The notes under the pieces are model-generated. The model had not been told where the DNA came from. It worked only from the letters and a program-made list of their open reading frames with translations, and did not search any database. Positions 20,204-28,400 of a stretch of 64,000 nt of DNA are shown one piece after another. Origin of the DNA: Cellvibrionaceae bacterium (GTDB taxonomy: Bacteria > Pseudomonadota > Gammaproteobacteria > Pseudomonadales > Cellvibrionaceae). Position 1 is the first letter of the stretch, and every line of letters starts with the position of its first letter. The position numbers were made by a program, and so were the translations under genes. The stretch is taken from positions 45,700 to 109,699 of the forward strand of contig PANW01000024.1 of assembly GCA_002707785.1 (NCBI GenBank). The letters are read 5' to 3'.

Positions 20204-21313
20204 CTACTGTACAGCTTCCACCAGTTCCAACTGTCCGGTCTTGCGTTCGACAAGGGTTTTAATGGGTGTGTTTAAAGCATCCAAAAACCCGTAGTCGTTC
20301 AACGCCACTTCGAGCTGTGATTTATTGTCATCACTCAAACCGTGATAAAAGCCGTAAGCTCGCTGAAACATCCATTGTGAGTAGCTGCTAATCATACGGC
20401 TATCGGTGATTCCGCCTATTGAAAAGTCGTGATTGCCCAGTTGGCGCGGTAGGTTGCCGCCGGGGTTGTCTTGCAGCCATTGGTGATTGTGTTGAATGAC
20501 GCTCAAGGTATCTGGTAGTTGTTCTTGGCTCATTTTTTTGAGCAGCGGGATCAGCGTAGTCGGTATTTCGTCATCGGCTAAGAACTCGCCACTGAGAGGT
20601 GCCGGATTGTTCATGCGCTCAATCCAAGCAAAGACTTCTGGTGCGCGTTCTTGCATCTCTGCCTTAGGGTAGGGATCGCGGCCTAAATGTGCGTAGAGAG
20701 GCCCCAGCAATCCATAGTCTCCTATGCTCGGCTTAGTGCCCAGAAGAAACGGATGTTGTGAGAAGTGCTGGTTAAGTATATCGAGCAATTCGTGATAGCT
20801 GGCTTCAATAGCGGGAATGGTGTTTTCGGTGACGCCGAGTTTTTTGACCACGCCTTGGAATGGCGCTGACATTTGCTCGCCAAGGGCGACCTGTTCTTCA
20901 AGGCTACCGTTGGGATTGCCTAGTCGGCCAAAACCACCTAAAACAAAGTCCTTTTGTTGGTCAATGTAGTTCCAGCGATAGTGCATGGCGGGAATCACTA
21001 ACCACTCGTCGCCGTAGAATTCCAACATTAGGGCGACCAATTTTTGCAGCGGTGTTGTGGGGTAAATACTGCTTTCGGGGTGACGGCTTTCGAGGTAATC
21101 AATCATATCGGTAGTGTCTTGTACGATATGATCGTCGCGAGTTTGTAAGATGGGAATGATGGCCGCTCCGACTCGGGGAAGAATGAGTTTTTGATAGATA
21201 TCGAGAGTTGAAGCTTTCTCTTCCCAGTCGAGATTTTTGTAGCGCATATAGGCGCGGATTTTACCGGTGTAGTAAGAAAGGTCTGCGCCGTAGATTGTGT
21301 ATTCGTGCGACAT
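20204..21313 (-). CDS. Large glutathione S-transferase family protein
   Basis: SYYTGKIRAY, QDTTDMI, FLLGTKPSIGDYG and AHLGRDP. Confidence 0.82.
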   Translation of the reverse strand: MSHEYTIYGADLSYYTGKIRAYMRYKNLDWEEKASTLDIYQKLILPRVGAAIIPILQTRDDHIVQDTTDMIDYLESRHPESSIYPTTPLQKLVALMLEFYGDEWLVIPAMHYRWNYIDQQKDFVLGGFGRLGNPNGSLEEQVALGEQMSAPFQGVVKKLGVTENTIPAIEASYHELLDILNQHFSQHPFLLGTKPSIGDYGLLGPLYAHLGRDPYPKAEMQERAPEVFAWIERMNNPAPLSGEFLADDEIPTTLIPLLKKMSQEQLPDTLSVIQHNHQWLQDNPGGNLPRQLGNHDFSIGGITDSRMISSYSQWMFQRAYGFYHGLSDDNKSQLEVALNDYGFLDALNTPIKTLVERKTGQLELVEAVQ

Positions 21314-21512
21314 ATAGTTGCCTATAAGCTCTGTTGATGGTGAGCGGGTGTGATTACTTTTAAGGAGTTTTTCCACGATTAAATATTACTCGCGAAGCCA
21401 GTTAGACTATGAATTGACTCAGTGAAAGTCAATCTAGTGAGATGTGGATATTTCATATCTGCACAAGTTTCGCGGCAGTTTTGAAAAGAAAACGAACGAT
21501 GCGTGAGGGGGA

Positions 21513-21623
21513 GTGGCGTTGCTCCGCGCCCGCCGGTTCGATTTGAACCCGTAGAAAAATCGTAGCCGAGTAGCATCAGCAGAAAACTCATTCAGCGCCA
21601 TGTCTTCCGTCTCGCAGACATGG
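21513..21623. other. Candidate structured non-coding element in a 650-bp intergenic region
   Basis: GTGGCGTTG (21513-21) can pair with CAGCGCCAT (21593-601). An overlapping hairpin CCATGTCT/AGACATGG spans 21598-21623. Confidence 0.3.
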
Positions 21624-21960
21624 GGTAGTTATTGCTGGGGTGTGAAACAGACTTTAACAGCAGGTTGCCATGAGCAATTGCAGCAACGTGTGTTCGTGGT
21701 CGCTAACAACAGTCGAAATGGGCCTGTAAATTGAACGATACTGCGGTTCTGAATCGCCTTTGTTTCTCGGGATTCTGACGGGAAACCATTCGCAGGGTGT
21801 TGTTTTTAGGGCAGTAAGGCTACAATTTGCCCTTCTTTATAGGATTTTTGTCTCAAGGATATGAGACTGGTACCCGTTTTAATGCTATCTTCTTCAGTGG
21901 TAATAACATTTTTGCATGTTCGGATGGGCTCTTAGCCCAGATAATCGCAGGAACTTAATT

Positions 21961-22959
21961 TTGAGAGTAAAACGCAGAGAATTATTGGCTGGAGTAGCCC
22001 TTGGCACTGCCTTTGCTGCGGGTAACGCTTATCTGTGGAATATGGCTGAGAAATCCGCCCCTAAAGTGTTCGGTGATGAGGCACTAGGAGAAGCAGACAG
22101 CTACTTGGACGCCTACACAGAAGTGGGCCTAGTAGACCGGGAATCCCCGGTGCTTATCGATGCACAACTGGCCGCTCAACAGACAAGTCTAAGCCAATCT
22201 CAGGCTAAGGCATCCATAGATCAAGAAGACGGGCTGCAAAAGTCGACTTCGGTTGAAGATCGGGTCCGCAATTTCGAGAACGATTTTAGTGATGATATTT
22301 ATCTGCCGGCCTCCGAGCAGCTGTTACTGGAATCAGTAGTGCTGCGCTTGGAAAAGGTTCAGCGAGTGGTAGGGCATGGTCACTTTAATGTGCTCGACTT
22401 TGATCAGCTGGTTCTCTATGCCCGCTCTTACAGCTCCGTCGGTGCGTTTACGCCACAGGAATTGGATTTTATTGAAAAAATCTATTTCACCCAAGCCAGT
22501 GACTACGGATTCCTCGGGACTAAAGTCACCGATGATCTGACCGCCGCCATACCTCGAGCAGAAATTGTTAAAATTCCCTATTCAGGACACTACCTGTTTA
22601 AGGGCGAGTCTTTGAACTACTACGAGAAGCTCAAGCAAGATATCGGTACCAACGTCATCCTGACTTCGGGTATTCGTAGTAATGTTAAACAGCTGCATTT
22701 GTTTCTCTCCAAAGCGAGAGCGTCAGTGTACAACCTATCCAAAGCGTCGCGCTCATTGGCACCACCTGGACACTCCTATCATGGCATCGGTGATTTTGAT
22801 GTAGGACGAGTCGGTTGGGGAGCTCAGAACTTCACCAATCAATTTGCCGGCACGGATGAGTTCAAGCGTATGCAAGATCTCGGCTATGTACAGATTCGAT
22901 ACACGGAAGACAATCGGCTGGGAGTAAGATTCGAGCCTTGGCATATTAAGGTCGTGTAG
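21961..22959 (+). CDS. M15/VanY-type D,D-carboxypeptidase with a twin-arginine-like N-terminus
   Basis: KRRELL plus a hydrophobic helix; motifs SGIRS, APPGHSYHGIGDFD and EPWH. Start is uncertain (21916 or 21961). Confidence 0.82.
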   Translation: MRVKRRELLAGVALGTAFAAGNAYLWNMAEKSAPKVFGDEALGEADSYLDAYTEVGLVDRESPVLIDAQLAAQQTSLSQSQAKASIDQEDGLQKSTSVEDRVRNFENDFSDDIYLPASEQLLLESVVLRLEKVQRVVGHGHFNVLDFDQLVLYARSYSSVGAFTPQELDFIEKIYFTQASDYGFLGTKVTDDLTAAIPRAEIVKIPYSGHYLFKGESLNYYEKLKQDIGTNVILTSGIRSNVKQLHLFLSKARASVYNLSKASRSLAPPGHSYHGIGDFDVGRVGWGAQNFTNQFAGTDEFKRMQDLGYVQIRYTEDNRLGVRFEPWHIKVV

Positions 22960-23458
22960 TTGGAAATAATCTAGTTGGAAATAAGCCGGTTAGAAATCAT
23001 CTAGCTCGGGATTTATCGCAGGCTTTATATAGCTTAGGGCATTCTGCCAGGGAAATGTCGTACAGGGATGATCTACAATCGAGACTTTTTTGCAAGTCTA
23101 TCTTCCGTATCTCCTATCCTCCCCAACCCGCACCGTCGTTATTATTTGTTCGATTTTTCCGCGGTAACGACCGATTCGTCTCTGTTAGGACGCAGCACTA
23201 ACCCCGCATGGCATTGAGCCTAATCTCTGTGTTTCTTGGAATTCTTCGCTATTAGCAAGTTGGTAACGGTATTCAAACTCAAAATTCGCGGCTTATTAGG
23301 ATGAATATTCTTATTGGTTGGCTGTGAAGGGTGTTTGTTGTTAAATCATCCCAAAATACTTGGATTATTAGGATGGGTGTTGAAGTTGACCTCTGTGATC
23401 CCTATAGTGGACGCCATTGAGTACAAATATTCCCATTCAACATTGAAACGAAGAACCC

Positions 23459-23557
23459 ATGAGCGCATTTTGCCAACATTCACAGCTACTGACTCGCCCC
23501 TCGAGTTTATTCGTGGCTTTGTTGTGCGCGCTGCTGCGACTGCCTAGCGCAGTATAA
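23459..23557 (+). CDS. Putative leucine-rich leader peptide of leuA (MSAFCQHSQLLTRPSSLFVALLCALLRLPSAV)
   Basis: 32-codon ORF with 8 Leu, three of them as LL pairs, ending 87 nt before leuA. Too short for the ORF track. Confidence 0.6.
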   Translation: MSAFCQHSQLLTRPSSLFVALLCALLRLPSAV

Positions 23558-23644
23558 TTCCCTTATTTATACCAGTTTCGTTTACCCCTATTTTTCCTTG
23601 TTGCCGACGATGAGGCAGCAAATGATCCCTTTTTGAGGTTTACC

Positions 23645-25189
23645 ATGAGTAAAGACAAATTAGTCATTTTTGATACCACCTTGCGTGATGGTGAGCAGAG
23701 TCCCGGCGCCTCCATGACCAAAGATGAGAAGGTGCGTATCGCCAAGATGTTGGAGAAGATGCGTGTCGATGTCATTGAGGCGGGGTTTGCCATTGCCAGC
23801 CCCGGCGATTTCGAATCGGTTAAAGCCGTGGCAGATGCTGTTAAAGACTCCACCATTTGTTCGTTGGCGCGGGCGGTTCGCCCAGATATTGAGCGTGCGG
23901 GCGAGGCATTGAAGACTGCCAATTCCGGTCGAATTCACACCTTTATTGCTACTTCTCCAATCCACATGAAATACAAATTGCAGATGGAGCCAGAGCAGGT
24001 ACTGGAGCAGGCGGTTCAAGCGGTCACCATGGCGCGCAACTTGACTGATGATGTGGAGTTCTCTCTGGAGGATGGCAGTCGCACCGAACCGGAGTTTATG
24101 TACCGTATCATCGAGGCTGTGATTAAGGCGGGTGCAGGCACCATCAATATTCCCGATACCGTCGGTTACGGGACACCAGAGGAATACGGTGCGATTTTTA
24201 ACAATGTGATTAACCACGTGCCCAACGCCGACAAGGCCATCTTCTCAACTCATTGTCACAATGATCTGGGTTTGGCGGTTGCCAACTCCTTGGCCGCAGT
24301 AATGAACGGTGTGCGCCAAGTGGAATGTACCATTAACGGTTTGGGTGAGCGTGCCGGTAATGCCTCCTTGGAAGAGGTGGTAATGGCAGTGAATACTCGC
24401 AAAGACTTCTACCCAGTAGAGTCGGGCATTGATACCACCCACATTGTGCCCACTTCGCGTTTGGTCGCCAGTGTGACGGGCTTTCCTGTGCAGCCCAATA
24501 AGGCCATTGTCGGTGCTAACGCTTTCGCTCACGAATCCGGTATTCACCAAGACGGCGTGTTAAAACATCGTGAAACCTACGAAATCATGAAGGCTGAAGA
24601 TGTGGGCTGGAACACCAACAAATTGGTGTTGGGTAAGCACTCCGGCCGCGCTGCCGTGCGTGCACGTTTTGAGGATTTGGGGATTACTTTTGAGTCCCCG
24701 GATGCTTTAAATGATGCGTTTAAGCGTTTCAAAGAATTGGCCGACAAGAAGCACGAAATCTTCGACGAAGATTTGCAGGCGTTGGTGTCTGATGCCGAAG
24801 CCGAAAGCTGTGCCGAGATTTTCAGTTTTGAGTCAATGGAAGTGAGTTGCAAGACCGGTCAAAAGCCGGTGGCGCAGTTAACTTTCCTCAAACACGGTGA
24901 TCCCGTGACGACTCAGTCTGATGGCAGTGGCCCAGTGGACGCGGTATTCAAAGCGATTGAAAAGGTCGCCGACAGTCGCTCTGAGTTAGAGCTCTATTCG
25001 GTCAATGCAATTACCGCAGGGACCGAGGCTCAAGGGGATGTTACCGTTCGATTAGCTCGCGATGGCAGTATTGTTAATGGCGTTGGCGCCGATACCGATG
25101 TGGTGGCGGCTTCTGCAAAAGCCTACTTGCACGCGCTGAATCTGTTAGAATCTGGAGCCAAAGCTCATCCTCAGCGGGATGGGGTATAA
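23645..25189 (+). CDS. leuA: 2-isopropylmalate synthase
   Basis: [35 protein letters not shown] and a C-terminal regulatory domain (GPVDA). GAGG RBS. Confidence 0.97.
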   Translation: MSKDKLVIFDTTLRDGEQSPGASMTKDEKVRIAKMLEKMRVDVIEAGFAIASPGDFESVKAVADAVKDSTICSLARAVRPDIERAGEALKTANSGRIHTFIATSPIHMKYKLQMEPEQVLEQAVQAVTMARNLTDDVEFSLEDGSRTEPEFMYRIIEAVIKAGAGTINIPDTVGYGTPEEYGAIFNNVINHVPNADKAIFSTHCHNDLGLAVANSLAAVMNGVRQVECTINGLGERAGNASLEEVVMAVNTRKDFYPVESGIDTTHIVPTSRLVASVTGFPVQPNKAIVGANAFAHESGIHQDGVLKHRETYEIMKAEDVGWNTNKLVLGKHSGRAAVRARFEDLGITFESPDALNDAFKRFKELADKKHEIFDEDLQALVSDAEAESCAEIFSFESMEVSCKTGQKPVAQLTFLKHGDPVTTQSDGSGPVDAVFKAIEKVADSRSELELYSVNAITAGTEAQGDVTVRLARDGSIVNGVGADTDVVAASAKAYLHALNLLESGAKAHPQRDGV

Positions 25190-25203
25190 ATTCCGATTGT
25201 TTG

Positions 25204-25239
25204 GATGAGAGCGCCGCGACCAGAGCGGCGCTTTTCATC
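25204..25239 (+). terminator. Hairpin/terminator after leuA
   Basis: Stem AGCGCCGC/GCGGCGCT followed by TTT. Confidence 0.6.
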
Positions 25240-25266
25240 GGACGGTAAGGCGGTAGTGATCAATTT

Positions 25267-26178
25267 ATGAACGAAATTCAGCGTCAGCAGTATCTAGATG
25301 CCATGGGCATTGATACCTATATGCCCCGTTGGATCTTGCCTGCTGCGGCCTCACCTTTCTCATGTCAGCCGGTACTGCCGGAGTCTGAATCTCAAGCTTC
25401 CTCCCAACTGCAATCAAACTCATTGCCGGTAGCTGCGGCCGAATCAGCTCTGGCTGAGTCTCAGAACACTTCTGCAGCGGCCACACCAGCAGCGAGTGCC
25501 TCAATGGCGTCTGCTCCAGCCACTGCGGTAGAAAATCCCAGTACTCCTGATCGATCGTCAGCGCCTCAACCGCCGTCAGCAGCGCAAGATGTGCTGTCGT
25601 CAGTGGCTGCAGAGCCCAAGCCGTCCGCATCGAATAAGCCGGTTTCAGCAGACTCAATTTTGCAGAGTTTGTCGAATGAAAAACGCCCTGATCCACGTTT
25701 TGCTCTGAGCTTATGGCGTGTCAGTGATGAGCTTATGGTTATCGATAGCCGCCATTCAGAATTGGCATTGCCAACAGAGCCTCTACTGCTCAACATCCTG
25801 TCCGCCTTGGGGTTCCCTCGTCAGCCCTTGCCGAAGGTCGAAGTGTTACGTTGGCCCATGTTTGAAAACAGCTATGAGCCACAGGGGCAAGCTGTAGCGC
25901 GCGAGACATTACAAGCGATATTGGAAGCTATGCTTGAAAAGCAGCCTTGCAAGTACTTGCTATTGATGGGGGCAGAGGCCTGCCACTATCTGTTGGGAGA
26001 CGATCAGTTGGGCGAAGGCTTTGATGCCAAGGTGTCCATTGCCAGTAGCTTGGGGCGCTCTTTCTCGTTAGAAGCGCTTTCCGCGGCCGCGATTGTCGTA
26101 CCTAGCCTCAGTGATATTCTGCAGCAACCAGAGCTCAAACGCCGTACATGGCAAGCCATTCAACCCTTGCGACAGTGA
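25267..26178 (+). CDS. holD: Probable pseudomonad-type DNA polymerase III psi subunit
   Basis: N-terminal QRQQYLDAMGIDTYMPR motif, low-complexity Ala/Pro/Ser linker and C-terminal PELKRRTW. Sits directly upstream of rimI. Confidence 0.6.
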   Translation: MNEIQRQQYLDAMGIDTYMPRWILPAAASPFSCQPVLPESESQASSQLQSNSLPVAAAESALAESQNTSAAATPAASASMASAPATAVENPSTPDRSSAPQPPSAAQDVLSSVAAEPKPSASNKPVSADSILQSLSNEKRPDPRFALSLWRVSDELMVIDSRHSELALPTEPLLLNILSALGFPRQPLPKVEVLRWPMFENSYEPQGQAVARETLQAILEAMLEKQPCKYLLLMGAEACHYLLGDDQLGEGFDAKVSIASSLGRSFSLEALSAAAIVVPSLSDILQQPELKRRTWQAIQPLRQ

Positions 26179-26678
26179 CAGATTCGGTGATGTTGTTTGC
26201 TGATCTTCCGGCTCAGGTTACCTTGCCGAATGGCGCTTTACTTGAAGTGTCAGCGCTTTCCCAAGCCGATAGCGAAGCCCTCCATGCCATTGAATTGGCT
26301 GCGCACAGTCATCCCATGTCGGCGTCGCTGTTTGAAGGAAATCTTCAGCGCTACCACGCGGTTGGTTTAAAAGATCAAAATGGTTGGATAGGTTTTGCCC
26401 TGATTTCTCTCGTGGTCGGTGAAGCCGAATTACTGGATTTTGTGGTGGCACCACAACAGCAAGGGCGAGGCATTGGTTCCGCGTTTTTACTGTGGTTGAT
26501 TGATGAATTGTCGGATAAAGCAGAACGATTTTATCTCGAAGTACGCGCCTCCAACGAGCCTGCCATTCAACTTTATGGCAACGCAGGTTTTGTGGAAATG
26601 GGGATTCGCGAAAATTACTATCCCGCAAAAAACGGACGCGAAGATGCCATCTTAATGGCAATGGAATTACTGGATTAA
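26175..26678 (+). CDS. rimI: Ribosomal protein S18-alanine N-acetyltransferase
   Basis: QGRGIG, LEVRASN, RENYYP and REDAILM; GTGA overlap with the upstream gene. Confidence 0.93.
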   Translation: MTDSVMLFADLPAQVTLPNGALLEVSALSQADSEALHAIELAAHSHPMSASLFEGNLQRYHAVGLKDQNGWIGFALISLVVGEAELLDFVVAPQQQGRGIGSAFLLWLIDELSDKAERFYLEVRASNEPAIQLYGNAGFVEMGIRENYYPAKNGREDAILMAMELLD

Positions 26679-26874
26679 GGAAACGCTATCGTTGATAGAT
26701 GACTCTTTTTCTCCGCGTTACCTCTCCTAGTTTAAAGCTCGCTTTCCAATGACATCGACCAACGTATCGCCCCAGAGGACGAGTGTGTTGCGTGATCAGT
26801 CGAGCCCTTCTGCAAGAACTCGAACCATCGTTGAGCGCAACTATTTAGGGGCGATAACTTCTAGTCGACATCTT

Positions 26875-28119
26875 TTACTCAGTATCTTTCGGGAGTTGTG
26901 GCTGCCAGCCGGCGATACCGTAATAGATGATATAGAGATAGCACAACAGCGGTAGCAAGAACGCCAATTGTAGCCCCACCTGATCCGCTATCATGCCGTG
27001 CAGCAGCGGCACTACAGCACCACCAACAATAGCGGAACACAATATCCCCGAGCCTTGACTGGTGGCCGCGCCCAACTTATTCAGTGCTAAGCTGAAAATC
27101 ACTGGATACATGATCGAGTTGAAAAAACCAACACCTAAGATGGACCACATGGCAATGTGACCGTCGAATACGACGGTGGCGATGATCAGGAGCGTAATCA
27201 TGATGCCATTAAAGGCGAGTACGCGGTTGGCGGCAATCTTTTGCATGACAGCGGCACCGACAAAACGGCCCACCATGGCACCACCCCAATAGTAGGTGAT
27301 GTACTTAGCGGCTTCTGATTCCTCCATGCCGGCGATGTGCTCTTCGCCAATAAAGTTCACCAAAAAACTTCCAATAGAAACCTCGGCGCCTACGTAGACA
27401 AAGATCGCGCCTGCCCCCAACACCAGATGGCGATAGCTCCAAGCCGACACGTGAGGCTCGTGGGTTTCTTCAATGTGAGCTAAACGCGGTAGTTTTAATT
27501 TGGCAAAGATGATTGCCAGTGCGGCCAAGCACAGCGCCAAAAATAAGTAGGGACCTTTTACGCTGTCGGCACTTTGAGTGGTTGCCGCTGACAAAATCAG
27601 CAAGGCGCCGAACCAAGGAGCGATAGTGGTGCCGAGAGAATTGAATGCCTGCGTCAGAGTCAGTCGACTGGACGCAGTGTCTTCGCTACCAAGGGAGGCC
27701 ACGTAAGGATTGGCGGAGACTTGTAGGATGGTAATCCCGGAGGCTAAAACGAACAGGGCCAACAAGAACAGTGCGTAGATTTTTAGGCTGGCCGCTGGCA
27801 AAAACATCAAACAGCCAAGGCTGGCAATCAGTAACCCAGTGACGATTCCCTTCTGATAACCAATACGACGAATCAGCGCGCCGGCGGGCATAGACACTAC
27901 GAAATACGCCCCAAAGAAACAAAATTGAATCAACATAGCCTCGGTGTAACTTAAGTTGAAGGCCGATTTTAAGTGAGGAATTAGGATGTCATTTAGACAA
28001 GTGATGAATCCCCACATAAAAAACAAACTGGTGAGCGCTACCAGAGCAAAGCGATAGTTACCCGCAGGTTCTTCCCCCTCACTGATGCGTTGTACTTGGG
28101 ACGTAGCTAGTTCACTCAT
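26875..28119 (-). CDS. gluP: Glucose/galactose MFS permease (FucP/GluP family)
   Basis: [28 protein letters not shown] and [10 protein letters not shown]. Confidence 0.9.
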   Translation of the reverse strand: MSELATSQVQRISEGEEPAGNYRFALVALTSLFFMWGFITCLNDILIPHLKSAFNLSYTEAMLIQFCFFGAYFVVSMPAGALIRRIGYQKGIVTGLLIASLGCLMFLPAASLKIYALFLLALFVLASGITILQVSANPYVASLGSEDTASSRLTLTQAFNSLGTTIAPWFGALLILSAATTQSADSVKGPYLFLALCLAALAIIFAKLKLPRLAHIEETHEPHVSAWSYRHLVLGAGAIFVYVGAEVSIGSFLVNFIGEEHIAGMEESEAAKYITYYWGGAMVGRFVGAAVMQKIAANRVLAFNGIMITLLIIATVVFDGHIAMWSILGVGFFNSIMYPVIFSLALNKLGAATSQGSGILCSAIVGGAVVPLLHGMIADQVGLQLAFLLPLLCYLYIIYYGIAGWQPQLPKDTE

Positions 28120-28208
28120 AATTGATTCTCGTTGTTATCGTTGTTGGTATTGGAAAAGCATTGGGTGCAGTCCGTTTAATCCGCTCGAGCTCAAGGGTTT
28201 TCTGGGTG

Positions 28209-28292
28209 TTGTCAAAACCGTTGTTAAAACTCTTGTTAGGCCTGTTATTACGGCCATTGTCGAAATTGCCATTGAGATTGTTAGTGAGACGT
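28209..28292. repeat. Degenerate 12-bp tandem array (about 7 units)
   Basis: Units: TTGTCAAAACCG TTGTTAAAACTC TTGTTAGGCCTG TTATTACGGCCA TTGTCGAAATTG CCATTGAGATTG TTAGTGAGACGT. Confidence 0.55.
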
Positions 28293-28315
28293 TCCAGTGA
28301 GCGAAATCCGAACCG
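28285..28315 (-). promoter_or_regulatory. ECF-type promoter candidate for gluP
   Basis: Minus strand CGGTTCGGATT-N13-CGTCTCA; same spacing as the three other copies. Confidence 0.6.
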
Positions 28316-28319
28316 ATTG

Positions 28320-28350
28320 GGGAGTGGAATTAATCCTCCTCTGCGTCTTA
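28320..28350 (+). promoter_or_regulatory. ECF-type promoter candidate for the GH3 operon
   Basis: GGGAGTGGAAT-N13-CGTCTTA. Confidence 0.6.
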
Positions 28351-28400
28351 TGGGCATTGTTGCAAGATCAAAAGCTCACACGGTGAAAGGGGAGTCAACG

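Noticed and set aside
21505-21600. GGGGAGT suggesting a yybP-ykoY riboswitch
   Set aside because: The downstream conserved elements are absent and no metal transporter follows.
22957-23004. Three imperfect 15-bp repeats (TAGTTGGAAATAATC-like) after the carboxypeptidase stop, considered as a CRISPR remnant
   Set aside because: Tandem with no spacers, too short, and no cas genes; looks like local slippage.
23563-24852. Long antisense ORFs opposite leuA, and similar ones opposite GH3, the TonB receptors and katG
   Set aside because: Shadow frames of well-supported genes, with no motifs or RBS of their own.
28122-28400. 93-aa N-terminal extension of the GH3 ORF in the track
   Set aside because: It reads through promoter and repeat DNA. 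ATG at 28401 has an RBS and begins a lipoprotein signal.
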